A stretch of DNA of 64,000 bases from Methanolinea sp. (GTDB taxonomy: Archaea; Halobacteriota; Methanomicrobia; Methanomicrobiales; Methanospirillaceae). A program made the translations under genes and the position numbers. Of this stretch, positions 38,449-47,800 are shown in pieces. The stretch lies in contig JASEES010000002.1 in the NCBI GenBank assembly GCA_030019395.1, positions 47,443 through 111,442 on the forward strand, in the 5' to 3' direction. The notes under the pieces are model-generated. The model did not search any database, had not been told where the DNA came from, and saw nothing but the letters and a program-made list of their open reading frames with translations. Positions within the stretch are counted from its first letter, which is position 1. Every line of letters starts with the position of its first letter.

Positions 38449-39144
38449 GTGATTCAAATGAAAGTATCATTCCGCATTCTCTTGGGCGTTCTTGTCGCAG
38501 GGTTCTTCCTTGCCGTCATTCCCGCCGGTGCAGAGCCCCTTATCGGGGGAGACCAGGCATGGTATGCCGTTCACTGCAACGTGGACGGTGCAAGCGTCTA
38601 CTTCGATGGCGAATACAAGGGAGACATCCAGGGCAACGTTTTGAATGTACCGGTCTATACCACCGGGACACCCTACAAGACGTATTCCGTCCGGAAAGAG
38701 GGTTACACGACCTTCAGCGAGTCCATCCCCGGCGTTCCCGGCAAAGGGGAGACTTTTGACCTGTACGCGACCCTGAATCCCACGCAGCCGACCCAGCCCC
38801 CGCTCATCGGCGGGGACATCGGGTGGTTTGCAGTCCACTGCAATGTCGATGGTGCATCCGTGTCGTTCGACAACACTCCCCAGGGAACCATCACGAATGG
38901 CATCCTGACGGTCCAGGTCTACACGACTGCAACACCGTTTAAGACGTACACCGTGACGATGCCGGGGTACCAGCCATACACGGGAACGATCGACCGGTAT
39001 CCCGGGAAGGGTGAGACCGTCGATCTTTACGCAACTCTCAACCCTGCCCCCACGCCGACTCCCACGAAGTCACCCCTCCTGACCATCCTTGTCCTCGTCG
39101 CTGTCGGTACGGCCGGTCTCCTTGCCGTGCGGAGGAAGGAGTAA
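38449..39144 (+). CDS. Secreted two-repeat (PEGA-like) protein with a Thr/Pro linker and a C-terminal TM anchor
   Basis: 231 aa with a signal peptide. Two about 88-aa repeats (LIGGD..W.AVHCNVDGASV.FD...VYTT.TP.KTY.V...GY......I...PGKGET.DLYATLNP). C-terminus is PTPTPTKSPLLTILVLVAVGTAGLLAVRRKE. Confidence 0.75.
   Translation: MIQMKVSFRILLGVLVAGFFLAVIPAGAEPLIGGDQAWYAVHCNVDGASVYFDGEYKGDIQGNVLNVPVYTTGTPYKTYSVRKEGYTTFSESIPGVPGKGETFDLYATLNPTQPTQPPLIGGDIGWFAVHCNVDGASVSFDNTPQGTITNGILTVQVYTTATPFKTYTVTMPGYQPYTGTIDRYPGKGETVDLYATLNPAPTPTPTKSPLLTILVLVAVGTAGLLAVRRKE
38533..39048 (+). repeat. Internal tandem duplication (coding) of an about 264-nt unit
   Basis: Repeat 1 is 38533-38796 and repeat 2 starts at 38797. 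Conservation is clear at the protein level, with partial nucleotide identity (for example CACTGCAA[CT]GT[GC]GA[CT]GGTGCA). Confidence 0.75.
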
Positions 39145-39185
39145 AGGAACCGGCGGGCACGGCTCCGTTCCGGGGCCTGTCCGCA

Positions 39186-39211
39186 TTTTTTTCTTTTGTT
39201 TTCTCTCGTTT
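39186..39211 (+). terminator. Oligo-T archaeal terminator
   Basis: GCATTTTTTTCTTTTGTTTTCTCTCGTTT lies about 40 nt after the stop at 39144. Confidence 0.5.
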
Positions 39212-39330
39212 GAAGGCCGGAACCCATCCGGAATATGCCGTGTTCCTTGATCCTGCCTGCCCTGCCCGGGAACCGCGCTCCGGAAAGGAGTTAGGATGAT
39301 TAGCTTAACATCAGGGCAAATGTCAATTTT

Positions 39331-39338
39331 TTTTATAC
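39331..39338 (+). promoter_or_regulatory. Putative TATA box for the small-ORF/moeA operon
   Basis: TTTTATAC, preceded by a T-run, lies about 25-32 nt upstream of the ATG at 39363. That spacing is compatible with a leaderless transcript. Confidence 0.45.
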
Positions 39339-39362
39339 CCCGCCTGTCCCATATATGGAATG

Positions 39363-39539
39363 ATGGACGAAGAAAAAGTACGGAAGGCTTTCGAAGCCGA
39401 AGGAATCGAGAGGGAGATCAAGTGTCCCCAGGCATTTGCACTATCGGAGAAGTATGGCATCCCGAAGATGGACATAGCCCGGTACTGCAATGCGCATGGC
39501 ATCAAGATACGGGCATGCCAGCTGGGCTGCTTTAAATGA
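39363..39539 (+). CDS. Small 58-aa Cys-containing protein, translationally coupled to moeA (not in the ORF track)
   Basis: My own translation: MDEEKVRKAFEAEGIEREIKCPQAFALSEKYGIPKMDIARYCNAHGIKIRACQLGCFK. Its stop TGA (39537-39539) overlaps the moeA ATG (39536-39538). Confidence 0.5.
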   Translation: MDEEKVRKAFEAEGIEREIKCPQAFALSEKYGIPKMDIARYCNAHGIKIRACQLGCFK

Positions 39540-40741
39540 GCCTTTTTCTGAAAACGGTTCCGGTGGAAGAGGCAGTCGGCATCGCGGTACGTATTGCACG
39601 CCCCCTTTCCCCGGAGGATGTGCCTCTCGAAGAAGCGGTCGGCAGGGTGCTCGCCCGGGATGTATACCCTGACCTCGATATCCCGGGTTTCGATCGCTCC
39701 GTTGTCGACGGCTATGCCGTCGTCGCATCGGATACGACCGGTGCCGGGGAGTCGATCCCCTCCTTTCTGACGCTCCTTGCCACCGTCAGGATGGGGGAAG
39801 GGGCGAAATCCGAAGTCAGGGAGGGCCATTGCATGTACGTCCCGACCGGCGGAGCCGTTCCCCCCGGTGCCGATGCCGTCGTGATGGTCGAGGACTGCGA
39901 GGTCATCGGGGACCAGGTCCTCGTCAAAAGACCGGTGGGAATCGGGGAGAACATCGTCCGCAGGGGAGAGGACTTCTCTCGGGACAGGCCCGCGCTGCGT
40001 GCCGGGAGGAGGCTCCGGCCTGCAGACTGCGGGGTCCTTGCAGCCATCGGCTGCCCGACCGTCCCCGTCTTCCGGATGCCCCGCGTCGGCGTGATATCCA
40101 CGGGAAACGAGCTCGTCAGTGTCCATGACGTCCCGGGAGAGGGAAAGGTAAGGGACAGCAACGGGCCGATGATAGCAGCGTACCTCCGGAGGTGCGGTTG
40201 CCGGGAAAAGACCTATGGTATCGTCCCGGACGATCGGGAAGCGCTTGCCCTGGCACTCAGGAGTGCCCTTGCCGAAAACGATGCGGTCTTCCTCTCGGGA
40301 GGCAGCTCCAAGGACGAGCGCGACCTCACGGCTGACCTCATCGGCGAACTGGGCCAGGTCCTCGTCCACGGTATTGCCATCTCGCCGGGAAAACCGACCA
40401 TCATCGGCAGGTGCGGGGAAAAACCGGTTATCGGGCTCCCCGGTCACCCGGCCTCCGCACTCGTCGTTCTCGACAGGGTCGCACGCCCCCTCCTCGCGGC
40501 ACTGTCCGGTGAAACATCGCGCGTCGAAAACACGGTCCTCGCAGTCCTTGCAGAGAACATCCCGTCTGCCCGGGGCAGGGAAGACTACGTCCGGGTGCGG
40601 CTCGAAGGCGGGCGGGCAGTCCCCCTCTTCGGGAAGTCAGGGCTTCTCAACACGCTCGCGGAGTCCGACGGGATGGTCCGTGTCCCGGCAGGGAGCGAGG
40701 GGCTCGAGGCCGGGACGACCGTCGGGGTGCTGCTGTGGTGA
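39536..40741 (+). CDS. moeA: Molybdopterin molybdenum/tungsten transferase MoeA
   Basis: 401 aa. SPxD..A.DGYAV, GGVS.G..D-like (LSGGSSKDERD) and GLPGHPASA motifs. Confidence 0.9.
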   Translation: MSLFLKTVPVEEAVGIAVRIARPLSPEDVPLEEAVGRVLARDVYPDLDIPGFDRSVVDGYAVVASDTTGAGESIPSFLTLLATVRMGEGAKSEVREGHCMYVPTGGAVPPGADAVVMVEDCEVIGDQVLVKRPVGIGENIVRRGEDFSRDRPALRAGRRLRPADCGVLAAIGCPTVPVFRMPRVGVISTGNELVSVHDVPGEGKVRDSNGPMIAAYLRRCGCREKTYGIVPDDREALALALRSALAENDAVFLSGGSSKDERDLTADLIGELGQVLVHGIAISPGKPTIIGRCGEKPVIGLPGHPASALVVLDRVARPLLAALSGETSRVENTVLAVLAENIPSARGREDYVRVRLEGGRAVPLFGKSGLLNTLAESDGMVRVPAGSEGLEAGTTVGVLLW

Positions 40742-42588
40742 AGAGGTACCTCTCGGTTGTTTCGCTCCAGGAAGCAAAGGAAGCCCTTGCAGGGACGCCT
40801 GTGCCCTGCAGGGAGAAGTCCGTGCCCCTCATGGAGGCATGCGGGCGGGTCACGGCTCGGGCCCTCTTTGCCCCGTACTCCGTTCCCGGCGAACCCATTG
40901 CCGCAATGGACGGGATTGCCGTCCGGAGCGCCGACACGTCCGGGGCATCGGAGCAGTCCCCGGTCATCCTGAAGGATGCCGTTTTGGTCAACACGGGAAA
41001 CGCCGTTCCTCCCGGGTACGATGCGGTCATCATGATCGAGGAGGTCTGGAAGGAGGGTGAAGCATTCCTGATCCGGAGACCCGCAAGTCCCTGGCAGCAC
41101 GTCCGGCCTCCCGGCGAGGACATCGCCGAGTCCGAGATGATACTCCCATCCGGTCACCGCATACGTCCCCAGGACATCGGGGCCCTCGCGACGTACGGGA
41201 TCACGGAAGTCCCGGTCCGGTACTTCCGGGCGGGGCTCATCCCGACCGGAAGCGAACTCGTTCCCCCGGGGACGAGACCGGGAAGGGGCCAGGTGGTCGA
41301 GAGCAATACCCGCCTCGCGGAAGCATGGCTGGCAGGTCATGGCGGCGAATGCACGCGGTATCCTCCGGTGAGGGATGACCCCCCTCTCATACGCGAGGCG
41401 ATCCTCTTGGCCGCCCGGGAGAACGATCTCGTCATCGTCTCGGCCGGTTCATCTGCGGGGACAAGGGATTACACGGCGGACGTCCTCGCGGACGTGGGCA
41501 GGGTCGTTGTCCATGGCGTTGCCATCAAGCCGGGAAAACCCGTCATCATCGGTGCCATGGGAAAAATTCCCGTCATCGGGATGCCCGGCTACCCGCTCTC
41601 CGCCCTCACGGTGCTCCGCGAACTCGTCAGTTATCTCCTCTCCGTATCGGGCATACCGGTCTATGGCTGTGCGGAGATCGATGCCCGCCTGACAGCGACT
41701 CTCCACTCCGAGGCAGGAGTGGACGAGTTCGTGCTCGTATCCTGCGGGAACGTCGGCGGGCAGTGGGTTGCAACACCCCTCTCCCGGGGATCGGGGGTAC
41801 AGATGAGTGCCGTCCGGTCGAACGGGTACATCTGCATCCCCGCATCGGTTGAAGGGTTTTCCGCGGGTGAACAGGTACGGGTACGGCTTTCGGAGGGCAT
41901 GGACAGGGCGGCGTCTGCGATTGTCGTCACGGGCAGCCACGACCCTGCCCTCGATGTGCTCGCGGACATCCTGAACGCAAGGGGAACCGGGCTCTTCTCG
42001 GCCCATGCCGGGAGCATGGGCGGGCTCCTTGCCCTCCGCAAGGGTGACTGCCATGCGGCGCCCATGCACCTGCTCGCCGAAAACGGCGACTACAACGTGC
42101 CGTTCATCGCGAAGTACCTGCCGGGAACCGGAATCGAACTGGTCTGCGTCGCCGGCAGGGAGCAGGGTATCATGTCGAAAACCGGGCTCTCGCTCGATGA
42201 CCTGCCCGGGAAAAGATTCATCAACCGGCAGAAGGGCTCGGGCACCCGGATGCTCCTTGACCACGAGCTGCACAGGAGGGGGATTTCGCCGCGGGACATT
42301 CCCGGGTATGACAGGGAGGTCCCGACCCACACGGCCGTTGCCCTCGCGGTCCGGAGCGGCGAGGCCGAGGCAGGGATGGGCGTTGCTTCTGCCGCACGGG
42401 CGTTCGGGCTCTCCTTTGTCCCGGTGGCAAGCGAGAGGTACGAACTTGCCATCCCGGTCTCTGCACTGGACGACCGGAGGGTGCAGGCACTCGTGGATGC
42501 AGTCTCGTCCCCGGAATTTCGCACGGCCCTCGAAAAGATGGGGGGATACAGGACGGAACTCACCGGTGCGCGGCGGAGAGTGCCTTAA
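40735..42588 (+). CDS. MoeA paralog fused to a C-terminal periplasmic-binding-protein-like (ModA/LysR-substrate-like) domain
   Basis: 617 aa. MoeA core (AAMDGIAVRS, SAGSSAGTRDY, GMPGYPLSAL), then about 200 aa more, GSHDPALDVLA...AGREQGIM...NRQKGSGTR.LLD, which looks like a type-2 PBP fold. Confidence 0.85.
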   Translation: MVKRYLSVVSLQEAKEALAGTPVPCREKSVPLMEACGRVTARALFAPYSVPGEPIAAMDGIAVRSADTSGASEQSPVILKDAVLVNTGNAVPPGYDAVIMIEEVWKEGEAFLIRRPASPWQHVRPPGEDIAESEMILPSGHRIRPQDIGALATYGITEVPVRYFRAGLIPTGSELVPPGTRPGRGQVVESNTRLAEAWLAGHGGECTRYPPVRDDPPLIREAILLAARENDLVIVSAGSSAGTRDYTADVLADVGRVVVHGVAIKPGKPVIIGAMGKIPVIGMPGYPLSALTVLRELVSYLLSVSGIPVYGCAEIDARLTATLHSEAGVDEFVLVSCGNVGGQWVATPLSRGSGVQMSAVRSNGYICIPASVEGFSAGEQVRVRLSEGMDRAASAIVVTGSHDPALDVLADILNARGTGLFSAHAGSMGGLLALRKGDCHAAPMHLLAENGDYNVPFIAKYLPGTGIELVCVAGREQGIMSKTGLSLDDLPGKRFINRQKGSGTRMLLDHELHRRGISPRDIPGYDREVPTHTAVALAVRSGEAEAGMGVASAARAFGLSFVPVASERYELAIPVSALDDRRVQALVDAVSSPEFRTALEKMGGYRTELTGARRRVP

Positions 42589-43021
42589 AACAGGCATCCT
42601 GCGGGGTCGGGCAGGCACAGACCCCCGGGATATCCCACGTGCGGTACCCATAGACCGGTTTTCCTGCCTTCAGTGCGAAGGCTATCTCTGACAGGGTACC
42701 GTATCCCCCGCCGACAGCGATAACGGCATCCGCACTCTCGACCACGAGGTAGTTCCGTGCGTGGGACATCCCCGTCCTGATCCGGACGGAGAGGTAAGGG
42801 TTTCCGTCCCCCGTGCCCGGGAGAATCCCGACCGCGATCCCGCCGGACGATGCAGCACCGCGGCAGGACGCCTCCATCACCCCCGACATGCCGCCCGAGA
42901 TGAGGATGGCCCCGTTTTCTGCAAGGGTTCTCCCGATCTCCCCGGCGGCTCTCTCTTCCTCCCCGCTGCAGTCACCTGCCCCGATCACGGCGATCTGGAC
43001 GGGCCGGGCAGGGCCGGTCAC
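42560..43021 (-). CDS. TIGR00725/LOG-like (Rossmann, lysine-decarboxylase-like) family protein
   Basis: 153 aa. Motifs IAVIGAG, ISGGMSGVMEA and VAVGGGYGTLSEI. Confidence 0.8.
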   Translation of the reverse strand: MTGPARPVQIAVIGAGDCSGEEERAAGEIGRTLAENGAILISGGMSGVMEASCRGAASSGGIAVGILPGTGDGNPYLSVRIRTGMSHARNYLVVESADAVIAVGGGYGTLSEIAFALKAGKPVYGYRTWDIPGVCACPTPQDACFKALSAAHR

Positions 43022-44484
43022 CGGGAACCCCCCTCCGGGTTGAAAGAGAGCAGACGGAGCACCGTCATCTCTTCGATGGCGTACCGGGGACCTTCCCTCC
43101 CGAGCCCCGATGCCTTCTCCCCCCCGTACGGCATGTGGTCGGCCCGGAACGTCGGGACGTCATTGACGATGACACCCCCGAACTCTCCCTCCGCAAAAGC
43201 TTCGAGTATCCGGTTGATGTCACGGGTAAAGAGCCCCATCTGTAACCCGTAAGGAGTGGCGTTGGCAAGGGAGAGAGCCTCGGAAAAGTCGCGGTAGGAG
43301 CAGATGGCAACGACCGGGGCAAAAACCTCTTCCCGGAAGAGTCTCATTCCGGGTGTCACCCCGGAAACGACCGTCGGGTACATCAGCGTCCCGTCGGCAC
43401 GCCCTCCGGTCACGACTTGTGCACCCTGTGCCTGTGCTTCCCGGACCATCCCGAGGGCTTTTTCAACTGCCTCCCTGCTGATCATGGGCCCGACGGTGGT
43501 CTCCCCGCGCCTCGGGTCACCGGTGACCAGCCGTTTTGCACCCCGGCATACTTCGCGGCATACCTGGTCGTGTACCGCCTCGTGGACAAGGACTCTCTGG
43601 ACGGAGATGCAGACCTGCCCGGCGTTTGAAAACCCGCCCTGCACGATCCGGGATGCGGCAAACGCGATGTCTGCGTCCTCGTGGACGATGACCGGCGCAC
43701 TCCCCCCGAGCTCGAGCGAGACCCTCTTTCTCCCTGCCTTCAGACGGAGAGCCCACCCGACCCCGGCGCTCCCCGTGAACGAGATGAACGAAACGCGGTC
43801 GTCCTGAACAAGCCTCTCCGCACGCCCGCCCGGGCAGGGGACGACACTGAGGGCAGGGGCGGGAAACCCGGCAGAAAGGAGCATTTTTCCCAGCATGAGA
43901 GCGGAGACCGGTGTTGCCGTTGCCGGTTTGAGGACGACTGCATTTCCGGAAGCGACAGCCGGCCCAATCTTGTGGCAGGCGAGGTTGAGGGGGAAGTTGA
44001 ACGGGACAATCCCCACCACGATGCCGAGAGGCATGCGCCGCGTTATCCCAAACCTCTTCTCGTTGCCGGGTGTCCAGTCGAGGGGAATCACCTCGCCGCC
44101 AAGCCGCTTTGCCTCTTCTGCAGATACACGCAGCGTCTCGATGGCGCGCTGGACCTCTGACCGGGCAAAGGTGATCGTCTTTCCCCCTTCCATGACGAGC
44201 ACCCGGGCAAGGTTTTCCGATTCCTGCCGGACCAAATCGGAGAGGGCCATGAGGATGCGGTACCTCTCCGCACCGGAAAGCTCGCGGGTCGCGGAAAAAC
44301 CACGGGCTGCCGATGCAACGGCATCGTCGAGATCCTTTTCGCGTGCCTGGTGCACGCATGCGAAAGGTTCTCCCGTGAAAGGAAACCGGACGGTCCTGAT
44401 ATCCCCCGTGAAACGCTCTTCTCCACCGACGATACACCCATGGCCGGTGAGGCCCGGATCCTGCCTGTCCCCTGTGCTATCCAT
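43018..44484 (-). CDS. NAD(P)-dependent aldehyde dehydrogenase (lactaldehyde-dehydrogenase-like)
   Basis: Start set at ATG 44484 (MDSTGDR...). Catalytic region ELGGSAP and FSNAGQVCISVQR, plus PYGLQ.G.FT near the C-terminus. Confidence 0.85.
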   Translation of the reverse strand: MDSTGDRQDPGLTGHGCIVGGEERFTGDIRTVRFPFTGEPFACVHQAREKDLDDAVASAARGFSATRELSGAERYRILMALSDLVRQESENLARVLVMEGGKTITFARSEVQRAIETLRVSAEEAKRLGGEVIPLDWTPGNEKRFGITRRMPLGIVVGIVPFNFPLNLACHKIGPAVASGNAVVLKPATATPVSALMLGKMLLSAGFPAPALSVVPCPGGRAERLVQDDRVSFISFTGSAGVGWALRLKAGRKRVSLELGGSAPVIVHEDADIAFAASRIVQGGFSNAGQVCISVQRVLVHEAVHDQVCREVCRGAKRLVTGDPRRGETTVGPMISREAVEKALGMVREAQAQGAQVVTGGRADGTLMYPTVVSGVTPGMRLFREEVFAPVVAICSYRDFSEALSLANATPYGLQMGLFTRDINRILEAFAEGEFGGVIVNDVPTFRADHMPYGGEKASGLGREGPRYAIEEMTVLRLLSFNPEGGSR

Positions 44485-44826
44485 AGAGGAGGTTTTCGTC
44501 CGGGCTGCATTAATGATCTTTCCGGTGGGCTGCGGCCCGGTCTCACAACCCAAAAGAAACGAGGGGCTTTTTATAGACTGCTGTCCCATGTATATCTTCG
44601 TGGTGGAATAATTCCATGACAGATCGTTTTATTCCCTGAAAGGACGTGCACTGTCAATCCCCGCGGGACCCCGGCCCGTGATGCCGGCTGTTACCCGCGG
44701 GAAAACCGATGTATTTTGCGAGTTACTTCCTGCCTGTCACCCCGCGTGGTACACCGGGGGAAGGGACACCATCCCGGGACGCGTCCTGTTCCCGGGGTGC
44801 AGCCGGGTTTTTTGGGGGTCTGATCC

Positions 44827-47800
44827 ATGAAGGAGGAAAAGAGCAGTTACCAGGCAGGCGAGATCGAGGAGGCCGTCCAGGCCTTCTGGACGGAGGAAAA
44901 CATATTCAGACGGGTCGAAGAGATGCGCAAAGGCGGCGAAGACTTTTTCTTCGTTGACGGCCCCCCCTACACGACCGGGCACATCCACCTGGGGACGGCC
45001 TGGAACAAGATCATCAAGGACTGCATCCTCCGGTACCACCGGATGTGCGGCAGGAACGTGATTGCGCGGGCAGGCTACGACATGCACGGGCTGCCCATCG
45101 AGGTGAGGGTCGAGCAGAAACTCGGTTTCTCCTCCAAGAAGGACATCGAGCGCTTCGGGATCGGGAAGTTCATCGAGCATTGCAGGGAATTTGCCGCAAC
45201 CAACAAGGACGTCATGAGCAGGCAGTTCCTCCGGCTCGGGGCATGGCTCGACTTCGATGACCCGTACCAGACGATGCACCCCGGCTACATCGAGGCGGCG
45301 TGGTGGACCCTCCGGAGGGCGGACGAGGAAGGGATGCTCGAGCGTGGTTTCCGCGTCGTCAACTGGTGTCCCCGGTGTGCCACTGCGATTGCCGATGCCG
45401 AGGTCGAATACTGGGACGAGACGGACCCCTCCATCTTCGTCAAGTTCCCGGTCGAGGGCAGGGAGAACGAGTACATCGTGATATGGACGACGACCCCCTG
45501 GACGCTTCCTGCCAACGTTGCAGTGGCGGTCAACCCGGACTTTACCTATGCCCGGGTCGAAGCCACGAAGGGTGGCAGGAAGGAGATCCTCTGGATGGCC
45601 AGGGACCTCATCGAAAACGTCCTGAAGAAAGGGAGGTACCAGGACTACACAGTCCTTTCGACATGCCCGGGAACGGACATGCAGGCTCTCTCGTATACGT
45701 CTCCCCTCAGGGACCAGGTCCCGGCCCAGGGACAGATCCGGCACCGTGTCGTCCCCGCCGACTTCGTTGCGCCGGAAAACACCGGTATCGTGCACATCGC
45801 ACCCGGCCACGGGTGGGACGACTACGTGCTCGGGTGCCGCGAGGGACTCGAGATCCTCTGCCCGGTTGACATCCACGGCCGGTTCACCGGGCAGGGAGGG
45901 AAGTATGCAAACCTCTTTGTCAAGGAGGCGGACCCCGTGGTCATGGCGGATCTCGGTTCCCACCTGCTCGCTCAGGAGAGCGTTGTCCACCGTTACGGGC
46001 ACTGCTGGCGCTGCAAGACCCCCATCATCTTCAGGGCAACGGAGCAGTGGTTCCTCAAAGCATCCCAGATGCGGGACCGGATGCTCGAAGAGGTCGCGAA
46101 GGTGACATGGTACCCCGACTGGGCCGGGAGCGCACGTTTTCATGACTGGATCAAGGAGGCCCGCGACTGGTGCATCTCGCGCCAGAGGTACTGGGGCATC
46201 CCGATACCGATATGGACATGCGGATCGTGCGGGACGTACCGGGTCATCGGGACGTTGCGGGAACTCGAAGAGGCAAGCGGGACAACGGTCACCGATCCGC
46301 ACCGCCCGTGGGTCGACCAGGTCGAGATCCCGTGTGCCTGCGGCGGGGTGATGCGCCGCGTGGAAGACATCTTCGATGTCTGGTTCGACTCGGCCGTTGC
46401 CTCGTGGGCGACCCTCGGGTTCCCGGGCAGGAAGGACGATTTCGAGCGCCTGTGGCCGGCAGATTTCATCACGGAGGGGCAGGACCAGACACGGGGCTGG
46501 TTCTACAGCCAGCTCGGGGCGAGCGTGATCGCGTTCGGGAAGGCCCCCTACAGGAGCGTCCTCATGCACGGGTTTGCGCTCGATGCAGAGGGGCGGAAGA
46601 TGAGCAAGAGCCTCGGCAACGTCGTCACACCCGAGGAGGTCATCAGGACGCAGGGGGCAGATGTCCTGCGCCTCTACGTCCTGTCGCAGAATGCACCGTG
46701 GGACGACCTCCGGTTCAACTGGGAGGGTGTCAGGAACACCGCACGGGCCATCAACATCCTCTGGAACGTGTACCGGTTCCCCCTCCCCTACATGATCCTT
46801 GACCGGTTCGAACCTTCGTCACGGGGCGGGATGTGGGAAGGGACGTACGTGAGGGAGAACTTCTCTTCCCTGGAACCCGTGGACCGGTGGATCGTCTCGC
46901 GTGTCAACAACCTTGCAGCCCAGGTGACCGGGGATATCTCCTCGTGCAACCTCCACCGGGCATCGCGTGCCCTCGTTCAGTTCGTCCTCGAGGACCTCTC
47001 GCGGTGGTACGTCCAGCTTGTCCGCGAGAGGATGTGGATCGAGGGCGAATCACCGGAAAAGACCGCTGCGTACGAGACGATGTACTACGTAATGCGGGTC
47101 CTCCTCGCCCTTGCAGCACCCTTCGTTCCCCACGTCACCGAGGCGATGTACCGGAACATGAAACTCGAAAAGGACCCGCAGAGCGTCCACATGCTCCCGT
47201 GGCAGAAAGGAGACCCCGCACTCGTCGACCGGCAGCTCGAGGAGATGATGGAGGCTGTCCGGTCCTTTGACGAGGCACAGGCGAATGCACGGCAGGCAGG
47301 GAAACGGAAACTCCGCTGGCCGGTGAAGGAATGCGTCGTCGTTACGGACAGTCCCGGTATCGCCGGTGCCATCGGGACACTTGCCCCCATCTGCCGGGAA
47401 AGGGCAAACGCCCGGGAAGTCCGCGCAGTCCTTGGTCACTGGGACCGCATCGGGTGGAAGGCCGAGCCGGTCATGAAAGCACTCGGTCCCGCGTTCGGGA
47501 AGAACGCACCGCGTGTGCGCGAGCTCATCCTCGCAGCGGATGGAAACGCCATGAAGGCAGCCCTCGAATCCGGGGGAGTCTTTGTCCTCTCCGACGGGAA
47601 CGCGAGGTACGAGGTTACACCCGGGCAGGTCACGTTTGTCGAGCAACTGCCGGAAGGGATCTGTTCCGCACCGATGCAGGGCGGGACAGTGTACGTCGAC
47701 ACCACGCTTTCCCCCGACCTCGAGGCCGAGGGGTATGCACGCGAGATCATCCGGAGGTTCCAGGAGATGCGGCGGCAGCTGGACCTCCGGGTCGAGGATT

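Noticed and set aside
39323-40447. 374-aa minus-strand ORF, and the 79-aa plus-strand ORF 39296..39535
   Set aside because: The first is antisense to moeA. The second is an alternative frame of the 58-aa ORF region and reads as compositionally odd sequence (MISLTSGQMSIFFIPRLSHIW...). The 39363 frame looks far more protein-like and is stop-start coupled to moeA.
44737-46569. 610-aa minus-strand ORF
   Set aside because: It lies entirely antisense to ileS, which has unambiguous HIGH/KMSKS motifs. It is a typical stop-poor shadow frame of high-GC coding DNA.
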